Positions 57,206-63,871 of a stretch of DNA of 64,000 nt are shown one piece after another. The stretch is taken from positions 6,984-70,983 of the IMG/VR virus record IMGVR_UViG_3300020159_000786. One strand, 5' to 3'. Origin of the DNA: a virus. Every line of letters begins with the position of its first letter. The stretch's first letter is position 1. Below the pieces are notes generated by a model. It worked only from the letters and a program-made list of their open reading frames with translations. It was not told the origin of the DNA and did not search any database. Both the position numbers and the translations under genes were made by a program.

Positions 57206-57856
57206 CTACGCTATCAAATCACCAACAAGTAGCCAAGTGTTTGTGTCAATTTTAAATATTGATGCACCTGTATACCTTGCTGCAATTGACTTGTTTGAAT
57301 TCTTACTATTTATAGTTACACCAGAATTTGGAGAAAATGTTACAGAACCTGTGTTCATTCTAAAAACATCTATCTCTGATCCTATTGGAAATGCTACTTC
57401 TGAGTTTGCTGGAATATTTATAGTATAGGTAAAGGTAGAATCAAATGTTATAGTTTTTCCAATATCATTTAAACTTATATCATAAGAAGTATTGCTTGAG
57501 GCTGTTTGTGCATTAAGTGTAACTGTTCCTCCGTGTGGAACCCATCTTGTACCGTCATAATATTGTATTTGATTAATAGCAACAGCATCAGAATTTTGTC
57601 TAATAAAACAAACCGTTCCTCTTACTGGAGAAGTAAGTGCACCATCTCTTGCTGCAGGATTTAAAAAGTTATTAACTCCAGCCTTTGCCTGAACCACAGA
57701 ATTAATGTCTTCAAAAACAACGTTATTTAAAAAATTATGTGTTCCAGTCCATTCATAATTAGATCCAGTATTAATATTGCCACCGATTGCATACCAGGTA
57801 TCTGTTCCTTCGTCATAGACGTAGGCAACTTTGCCAGAATTATTTAATGTTGCCAT
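57206..57856 (-). CDS. Fibre adaptor protein with C-terminal AFPIG...GDL domain
   Basis: AARDGALTSP...QYYDGTRW segment, then IPANSEVAFPIGSEI...NTWLLVGDL, paralogous to the 48722 C-terminus. Confidence 0.7.
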   Translation of the reverse strand: MATLNNSGKVAYVYDEGTDTWYAIGGNINTGSNYEWTGTHNFLNNVVFEDINSVVQAKAGVNNFLNPAARDGALTSPVRGTVCFIRQNSDAVAINQIQYYDGTRWVPHGGTVTLNAQTASSNTSYDISLNDIGKTITFDSTFTYTINIPANSEVAFPIGSEIDVFRMNTGSVTFSPNSGVTINSKNSNKSIAARYTGASIFKIDTNTWLLVGDLIA

Positions 57857-57957
57857 TATACATTCAGCCCCAATGATCTTAATTCTGCTTCAGTTAATCC
57901 TAGTGCAACTAATTTAGCAATTGCTATTTCTCGTAAAATCTCATCATTATTAGACAT
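57856..57957 (-). CDS. 33-aa protein (AIAKLVALGLTEAEL)
   Basis: Manual translation MSNNDEILREIAIAKLVALGLTEAELRSLGLNV; TAATG overlaps on both sides. Confidence 0.7.
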   Translation of the reverse strand: MSNNDEILREIAIAKLVALGLTEAELRSLGLNV

Positions 57958-58397
57958 TATTCACCTATTGTTTTCCATATTCCAGCACCATTATCATAAA
58001 TTTTTAATAATAAAGGGTCTGATCCTTTTACAACCCACAAAGTTCCATCAGTTGGTGTAGATGGTTCTGAAGAAGTATATATTGCTGTTGGATTTGTTGG
58101 TGTTGAGTTTGGAGAAGAGTCGGTATCTAACCAAAGGTATCCTTCTGGCTTACCTGTTGGCATTGTTGTTTGTGCTATGGCTCCAGTGCCTAATGTATTA
58201 ATTGCATCTATTGAATCTTGAATATTTTTTAAATGATAGGCAATTGATGGATTTACTAATTGTTCTTCGTCAGAATTTCCTGTATTATAAGTACTAGATC
58301 CATAATGATACGTTCTTAGAGCAGCCTGAATATCTGCAGCATCGTCATAGCCTGGAATTTTAGTTGAATAAAGATTTCCTATACTAGTATCAGCCAT
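57957..58397 (-). CDS. Virion fibre-module protein
   Basis: KIPGYDDAADIQAALRTYHYG and P...G.LW repeats typical of fibre segments. Confidence 0.65.
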   Translation of the reverse strand: MADTSIGNLYSTKIPGYDDAADIQAALRTYHYGSSTYNTGNSDEEQLVNPSIAYHLKNIQDSIDAINTLGTGAIAQTTMPTGKPEGYLWLDTDSSPNSTPTNPTAIYTSSEPSTPTDGTLWVVKGSDPLLLKIYDNGAGIWKTIGE

Positions 58398-58415
58398 TGT
58401 TAATCACCATCATCA

Positions 58416-59000
58416 TTATACCACGATAGATATTGAGAAATGTACTGATTTTGAACCACTCAAATCTAACCAATCTGATCCATCAAAATAAACTGCATTT
58501 ACTGTTATTGGTAAAACATAAGTATCTGTTTCTGGATCTGTGATCAATGATCCAACTTGAAAAGATGTTGCCACTGGATATTCATTTTGAATGTTTAAAT
58601 TAATATTAAAATTAGAACTAGTTAAGGTTTCTGCTGTAGATAAATCTACTATATTTACAACTGGAATATTAAAAGTTTTTTCTCCATCAACAAAAGTTCC
58701 ACTTAAATTTGCGTGGTATTGATTTGGATTTAGTTTTATTAATGGATACCATTGATATATACCATCTATTCCAGCATTATATTGATATAGATATGAATAG
58801 TTGTCATCTGTTTGTAAAATATTTATACATAAATCTTTTGGATTTATACCTTCAATTGTTAATGCTTCATTTGGATTACCAACTGATGCGTATATTAAAC
58901 TTCCACGATCTCCTTGGGGACCAAAATCAATCTGTACGTCAATCTGTTCTGGCCCACCAAGAACCAATAAGTCTTCTGTTGATAATACTACCTCTGCCAA
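58416..59000 (-). CDS. Virion module protein
   Basis: 194-aa ORF with a short GPQGDRGS collagen-like motif. Confidence 0.6.
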   Translation of the reverse strand: MAEVVLSTEDLLVLGGPEQIDVQIDFGPQGDRGSLIYASVGNPNEALTIEGINPKDLCINILQTDDNYSYLYQYNAGIDGIYQWYPLIKLNPNQYHANLSGTFVDGEKTFNIPVVNIVDLSTAETLTSSNFNINLNIQNEYPVATSFQVGSLITDPETDTYVLPITVNAVYFDGSDWLDLSGSKSVHFSISIVV

Positions 59001-59001
59001 C

Positions 59002-59349
59002 TTATGCTCCTGTTACGTCTGCTTCTACGCTTATGGTTCCTTTTAATAATGTATAAACTTTATCTGAACCATTTGATATTTGAACGTCATAATAGTATGT
59101 TGTTCCCGCAACCAACTGTCTACCTACTGACGGCAATATTACACAAGTTACTTTTGTTTTTTGTGCATTAATTTCTGCTTCTCCACCAACTAAAAATGAT
59201 GGTGAAGGTCCAGTTGCTGATGCAATATTAAATGAAGAGGAATATCCGTTTAAATCAAACGATGCACCAGATGCTATTTTGGGATAAATAGCAAACTCAA
59301 AAGTGTCGCCTTCATAATAATTAAAATTTTTAGTACCTGGAAATGACAT
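59002..59349 (-). CDS. BppU-N-like beta-sandwich virion protein (paralog 2)
   Basis: YYEGDTF...YDVQI...TLLKGTISVEADVT. Confidence 0.6.
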   Translation of the reverse strand: MSFPGTKNFNYYEGDTFEFAIYPKIASGASFDLNGYSSSFNIASATGPSPSFLVGGEAEINAQKTKVTCVILPSVGRQLVAGTTYYYDVQISNGSDKVYTLLKGTISVEADVTGA

Positions 59350-59385
59350 ACTTCCTCCTAATTTATTATATCATTAATCTATTAT

Positions 59386-59487
59386 TTATTTTTTTATTTT
59401 TATGGTTTTTGACAAACCTGCTGAATCTGTTATTTTTATAACAGGAGGTAAATCATTTTTAATATTTGATATTTTAATTATTGGCAT
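59386..59487 (-). CDS. 33-aa basic protein
   Basis: Manual translation MPIIKISNIKNDLPPVIKITDSAGLSKTIKIKK; TAATG overlap with the upstream gene. Confidence 0.45.
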   Translation of the reverse strand: MPIIKISNIKNDLPPVIKITDSAGLSKTIKIKK

Positions 59488-59861
59488 TATAGAGTTCCAC
59501 TTACATCGCCAAGTACTGTGATAGTTCCTATAACTGGTGTCCAAACAGTATCGTCGATTGTAACTTCTAAGTCAAATATAAGTTCAGCAACGTTAGAACG
59601 GTACGTAGAACCCCAATAAGCAGACAAACTTGGGTCTACCTTTATCTGGACATACCCTGAGCCTGAAACTACTGTCAGAGGGTCGATTATTTCGGTTTTA
59701 GGGTCATATGCGGAGGCAAGGTAAGTCCATCCTGTTGTGTCGTAATGAGTTGCTTCGTCGTTTTGTAAAAAGTCAATTCTTATGAGAGAAGAGTCTCCAC
59801 GAATTATTTGCCATTTGATGGTGGCGGGGTCAGATCCAAATTTTTCTACGGTTGTACACAT
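59487..59861 (-). CDS. BppU-N-like beta-sandwich virion protein (paralog 3)
   Basis: WQIIRGDS...FDLEV...TPVIGTITVLGDVS. Confidence 0.6.
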   Translation of the reverse strand: MCTTVEKFGSDPATIKWQIIRGDSSLIRIDFLQNDEATHYDTTGWTYLASAYDPKTEIIDPLTVVSGSGYVQIKVDPSLSAYWGSTYRSNVAELIFDLEVTIDDTVWTPVIGTITVLGDVSGTL

Positions 59862-59887
59862 ATTAGCATTATATCATTTTATTAAAT

Positions 59888-59943
59888 TAAAAAGTCCAAC
59901 ACCTAAGAAGCGGTGGGTATCGAGAGCAACTCAGGTGTTAGAT
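59888..59943 (-). ncRNA. Candidate ~55-nt small RNA
   Basis: TGA-TATAAT at 59949-59957, then a 13-bp stem TCTAACACCTGAG/CTTAGGTGTTGGA around a 22-nt loop, then a T-run. Confidence 0.45.
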
Positions 59944-60165
59944 ATAAAATTATATCATGCCAGGTATATAGAAGGGTTGTGGATAAGTTGTTAATAAAGA
60001 ATTCACCAAATCGTTATAATTGGTTTTTAAGGTTTGTGAGGGAAATTATATTAAGCCAGGAAAACAATGTGTATAATTAATATATATAAAGAAAAAAAGA
60101 ATATCCTAATACCTTAGATATCTTATATATATTATATATAAAGATATATTATATATAGATCGAAA

Positions 60166-60387
60166 TTATTTTTTAGGCTTAGAAGGTTTTTTAGAGTTTG
60201 ACAATAAGATGTCATAGATGATTTCTACCTTTTGCTCTAAGCGGTTTACTTGATCTTTGATTGATGATCCTGAGTTCGGACGAAGTTCGCTGAGATAATG
60301 TTTTACCATCCATCTAACGCCTAAAGCGAGAGATCCGATTATGGATATAACACTCACGATAAGTTCGGCAGCCATTCTGATTTCCAT
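60166..60387 (-). CDS. Small membrane protein (holin-like or DUF2746-like)
   Basis: Single TM helix, then ELRPNSGSSIKDQVNRLE coiled coil and a basic tail; TGT-TATAAT upstream. Confidence 0.6.
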   Translation of the reverse strand: MEIRMAAELIVSVISIIGSLALGVRWMVKHYLSELRPNSGSSIKDQVNRLEQKVEIIYDILLSNSKKPSKPKK

Positions 60388-60567
60388 TGTAGTAAAATTA
60401 TAACAGCGTTTTACATTTTTTTGAACGGTAGTTCGATCGCCCGACAAATAGAAGTAACAAACCTTAACATTGACAATCTCTGCATGACACATGCTAACAT
60501 GTCAAAGGTATTGGTTAATATCTATGGATACGCTATAATGGTAACAAGACCGAGAAAGGGTATAAAA

Positions 60568-60753
60568 ATGTATAGAGATGAAGCCGTACAACTAATGTGT
60601 GACACTGTTAATAATTACAATAGAAGTCTTGTAGATTCTGGTGCTATTTCTTTAACAGAACTAGAACAATTTATTGAACAGGGTGCTGAACAATTAAACT
60701 TTATGAATGGTTTGTTATATGACACATTAAAAGATCATGGTGTGATTTCGTAA
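60568..60753 (+). CDS. Small hypothetical protein
   Basis: MYRDEAVQ start with GAAAGGG RBS and TATAAT upstream. Confidence 0.65.
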   Translation: MYRDEAVQLMCDTVNNYNRSLVDSGAISLTELEQFIEQGAEQLNFMNGLLYDTLKDHGVIS

Positions 60754-61371
60754 TTGAGTAAGTATAAAGATATTAAGCCAGCAATATTAAACAATTTTTT
60801 TACACCAGCAGAATATGGTGCTTTATACCGTCAAATAGTTGATGCATATTCAAAAGAAAAAACTGTTATACCAGATACTGGTTATTTTGCTGTTGTTGAT
60901 TTTATCAAACCTAATATCAAAAATATTTTAATATCTAAAATGAAAGAAGCAACCAAAGATGACATTGTGGATGTTTATGTACACTATGCCAGATATACGT
61001 TAGAAACAGGATATAAACCAATATTAGCCCCACACTTTGATAGGGGTTTGGAGTATGCTAGTTATACGTTTACTATTGTGTTAGATACTACGTTAGATTG
61101 GCCAATAAGTGTTGAAGGCGTTGAATTCAATCCCCGCCAAAATGATGCAATTTTGTTTTCAGGATCACACCATGTTCACTGGAGACCACACATAGAATTT
61201 AAAGAAAAAGATTATTATGATATAATTGTTTGTCAATTTGTAGATAACAAACCCTTACATCTTACAGAAGAGTTTAAAGACGATATGGACAATAACTTTG
61301 TAAAATATGTGAGACAATGGGAAGAAGAGTTTGGATCAATTGATCTAGCAGGAGGAAAATATGAGCATTAA
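60754..61371 (+). CDS. 2OG-Fe(II) oxygenase family protein
   Basis: YARY...PILAPHFD...FSGSHHVHWRP; same family as the 4.1-6.8 kb cluster. Confidence 0.75.
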   Translation: MSKYKDIKPAILNNFFTPAEYGALYRQIVDAYSKEKTVIPDTGYFAVVDFIKPNIKNILISKMKEATKDDIVDVYVHYARYTLETGYKPILAPHFDRGLEYASYTFTIVLDTTLDWPISVEGVEFNPRQNDAILFSGSHHVHWRPHIEFKEKDYYDIIVCQFVDNKPLHLTEEFKDDMDNNFVKYVRQWEEEFGSIDLAGGKYEH

Positions 61372-62029
61372 ACCAGAACCACATGTAGAAGATAATTTCT
61401 TTAGCCCAGAAGAATATGGTGCTATTTATGATACCGTCGTAAAAACCATGCAAAGAGGTTTAGACGAAGCAGGAGACAAGTATGCTTATATGACCAATGT
61501 AACAAATAATGGGTTTTTTGTTTTAACTGAAGATGAAGAAGGAAAAGTTAAATTTCCAGACTCTATTAAAGAAAAAATTAGAAAAAAAATGGAAATATTA
61601 GTTCAAGAACCAGTTCAACCTATTGGCCTCATGTTTGCTAGATACACACATGATTCATCACTTCCTAGCCTAATGCCACATTGTGACAAGCATCATAAAA
61701 AACAACACATTACAGTAAGTATTCAACTAAACAAAACAGTTGATTGGGACTTTTGGGTTGAAGATAATGTTTACCAAACCGAAAAGAATCAAGGTGTTTG
61801 GTTTTCTGGATCCCATCACAATCATTTTAGACCAGACTCTAATTTTGGTCCAGAAGACTATTACGATATTTTCTTATGTTCTTCTCAAAGAATTAATGAT
61901 ACTGGGGAAGATTTAACTCCAGAGTGGTTTGATAAACAAGAAGAAAACTTTAGTATAGCCTTTGATAAATATAAACATTTATTTCCAAAAGGACTACAAA
62001 AACAATATGAAGTAGACGGCTGTCAGTAA
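61361..62029 (+). CDS. 2OG-Fe(II) oxygenase family protein
   Basis: FARY...PSLMPHCD...FSGSHHNHFRP; shares NFF.P.EYGA with its neighbour. Confidence 0.75.
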   Translation: MSIKPEPHVEDNFFSPEEYGAIYDTVVKTMQRGLDEAGDKYAYMTNVTNNGFFVLTEDEEGKVKFPDSIKEKIRKKMEILVQEPVQPIGLMFARYTHDSSLPSLMPHCDKHHKKQHITVSIQLNKTVDWDFWVEDNVYQTEKNQGVWFSGSHHNHFRPDSNFGPEDYYDIFLCSSQRINDTGEDLTPEWFDKQEENFSIAFDKYKHLFPKGLQKQYEVDGCQ

Positions 62030-62044
62030 AAATCTGAAAAATTT

Positions 62045-62155
62045 TTAATTTGGCTTTTCTTCGTTATCTTCCCATAATTTAAGTTGACCTATACAGTCAG
62101 TATCGTACACACAACAATCACAACTAACTACCTCGAAATATTTATCGTATAGCAT
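62045..62155 (-). CDS. 36-aa Cys-rich acidic protein
   Basis: Manual translation MLYDKYFEVVSCDCCVYDTDCIGQLKLWEDNEEKPN; TATACT 9 nt upstream. Confidence 0.45.
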   Translation of the reverse strand: MLYDKYFEVVSCDCCVYDTDCIGQLKLWEDNEEKPN

Positions 62156-62386
62156 GATGCTTATAGTATACACCCAAATAAATACCCCCAACGTACCAAA
62201 GGCAGAGGATGGGGGCCTGGTTCTCAGAGAGCATGTCCCTTACTAGATCCGTATAAAATATTATAAAACCATTTTTACTAAAATCTGAATATTTTGTTTA
62301 GATGTACGATGCACGATTTAAAAAAATAATTTAACAAAATATAGTGAGCACTTTTTATAGCACCCACTACACACCCTGCTTGATTT

Positions 62387-62665
62387 TTAAATTAGTCCTT
62401 CATTTTTTAAACAAGGAAAAACTACAGACACTTCACCTGTTGCGTCATATTCTTCCCACCCACCTTGATTGTATATAGCAGTAATGGCTCTATCTACTTC
62501 GATACCCTCGCCATATAGAAACACATTTGATAGTGTCTCTGCTGTGTATTTATCTACGCAATTACTGGTGTTGAAATACTTATGCCAAACCCCTATCGCT
62601 AGTATCGTGAACACTATTGTGTATCCTACTAGGCGTAGGTTCTTGCCTCGTTGTGTTAGTTTCAT
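62387..62665 (-). CDS. Small membrane-anchored protein
   Basis: MKLTQRGK followed by a TM helix; ATGA overlap. Confidence 0.7.
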   Translation of the reverse strand: MKLTQRGKNLRLVGYTIVFTILAIGVWHKYFNTSNCVDKYTAETLSNVFLYGEGIEVDRAITAIYNQGGWEEYDATGEVSVVFPCLKNEGLI

Positions 62666-62811
62666 TTAATCACTACCTCGCTTATTTCTGCACCTAGTGC
62701 AATAGTATTTTGGATAATCTCTAAAGCGTGAGCAATAGAGTGTGTTTCGTAGATGAAAGGCACATCTAGGCCGTCACCTAGTACGCTAGTAATACTTATT
62801 GAGGATATCAT
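62662..62811 (-). CDS. 49-aa hypothetical protein
   Basis: Manual translation MISSISITSVLGDGLDVPFIYETHSIAHALEIIQNTIALGAEISEVVIK; ATGA overlaps on both sides. Confidence 0.65.
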   Translation of the reverse strand: MISSISITSVLGDGLDVPFIYETHSIAHALEIIQNTIALGAEISEVVIK

Positions 62812-62984
62812 TTTGCTACCTTTCTTGATAGTCTAGTTAGATGACAATCGTAGCATGTTGCTATATTGTGTAATTCCTTAGTATTCAATACTAAGTTTTT
62901 TATTCTGGTGCTTAGCACCATTTTGGTAATAGGTGTTTCGCATATCATGCAAACACAACTAATGTCTATAATTTGTGTATTCAT
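62808..62984 (-). CDS. 58-aa zinc-finger protein
   Basis: Manual translation contains CMIC...CYDC; GAAAGGA RBS. Confidence 0.65.
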   Translation of the reverse strand: MNTQIIDISCVCMICETPITKMVLSTRIKNLVLNTKELHNIATCYDCHLTRLSRKVAK

Positions 62985-63029
62985 ATTTTAATCCTTTCAA
63001 GATTTTGTTTAATTTAATTCTTGGGGGTC

Positions 63030-63076
63030 TTATTTGCTAGGCTCACCCTCTTGAAGAGGTTTATTTGCTAGGCTCA
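63030..63076 (-). repeat. 16-bp direct repeat flanking a hairpin in a 5' leader
   Basis: TGAGCCTAGCAAATAA twice, separated by ACCTCTTCAAGAGGG. Confidence 0.85.
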
Positions 63077-63109
63077 TACCCTTGCACATCTCTATTTAGT
63101 TATATTCTA

Positions 63110-63138
63110 AACCTATCATGCTACCCTGACAAAGTCAA
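63110..63138 (-). promoter_or_regulatory. Early-type promoter P1
   Basis: TTGACT-N17-TAGGTT containing TGTCAG-N10-(-10); GTGTC just upstream. Confidence 0.7.
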
Positions 63139-63162
63139 GACGACACGCCGTAGGTTAGTCAC

Positions 63163-63249
63163 TTATTTAGTGTGACTTTCCTCACTTAGTCTAGATTCCT
63201 CTAGTCTAGTAAGGGCTTCCCATATATGGGCTGGTACTTTGTTATCCAT
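63163..63249 (-). CDS. 28-aa protein
   Basis: MDNKVPAHIWEALTRLEESRLSEESHTK with an AAGGAGG RBS and its own promoter. Confidence 0.6.
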   Translation of the reverse strand: MDNKVPAHIWEALTRLEESRLSEESHTK

Positions 63250-63279
63250 TTGTACCTCCTTAATTTCTTTCATACTTTA

Positions 63280-63301
63280 ACTCTAGCAGGGGGGTCTGAC
63301 A
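63280..63301 (-). promoter_or_regulatory. Early-type promoter P2
   Basis: TGTCAG-N10-TAGAGT. Confidence 0.6.
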
Positions 63302-63355
63302 TTTTTGACCTATTTAGATGAACGCAAGGTTAACTCTAGATGAACTAATTTAGGG

Positions 63356-63421
63356 TTATCAACAGGCAACACGCTGCAATGTGCATAAGGTTATACACAC
63401 CTGTGGATATCCTGTGGATTC
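63356..63421. promoter_or_regulatory. Cluster of five DnaA-box-like 9-mers
   Basis: TTATCAACA, TGTGCATAA, TTATACACA, TGTGGATAT, TGTGGATTC compared with consensus TTWTNCACA. Confidence 0.6.
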
Positions 63422-63496
63422 GCCCGAGCCCTCGCTGATCATAGCGTATGCTTTACGTACGAACTTAAGTACCCCCCTCTCAGGGGGCAGGGTGTG

Positions 63497-63688
63497 TTAC
63501 AACCTAACGAATGTAGGCCAGGTAATTCCACAAGCCTCTTGAAACTTAGCGTCATTGAATCTTTCATTTTCAGCCAAGAACAAATCGCCAAATTCCATAA
63601 CGATTTCTTCAAAAGTAGTTTGAGGAATTTCATCTCTAAATTCTTTTAGTAAAGAAGCAACTTTTTCGAAGTGTTGTCTAGTCATCAT
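63497..63688 (-). CDS. Conserved small phage protein (MTRxHF...NxRFxxxKFxxAC type)
   Basis: Recognisable small-phage-protein motif; AAGGA RBS; promoter P3 upstream. Confidence 0.75.
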   Translation of the reverse strand: MMTRQHFEKVASLLKEFRDEIPQTTFEEIVMEFGDLFLAENERFNDAKFQEACGITWPTFVRL

Positions 63689-63717
63689 TTTTATTTCCTT
63701 TGTTTGTAGTTATTTTT

Positions 63718-63739
63718 ACTTTATCACATACCACTGACA
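63718..63739 (-). promoter_or_regulatory. Early-type promoter P3
   Basis: TGTCAG-N10-TAAAGT with GTGTC upstream. Confidence 0.65.
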
Positions 63740-63818
63740 AAAAGCCACTCGACACGCTCGGGCAAAATCGGACATTTTGTTTATTTACGTACGACACGCC
63801 GACCCCCCTCCCCCAATT

Positions 63819-63840
63819 TGTCAGACCCCTGTGGTAGGCT
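63819..63840 (+). promoter_or_regulatory. Early-type promoter P4, divergent from P3
   Basis: TGTCAG-N10-TAGGCT. Confidence 0.65.
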
Positions 63841-63871
63841 GAAAGCATAAGGTAAAAGTTAGGATATAAAA

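Noticed and set aside
63030-63076. Mini-CRISPR array
   Set aside because: Only two 16-bp repeats with a 15-bp self-complementary spacer; too short.
63439-63633. 64-aa minus-strand ORF
   Set aside because: Overlaps the better supported 63497..63688 gene in another frame and has no RBS.
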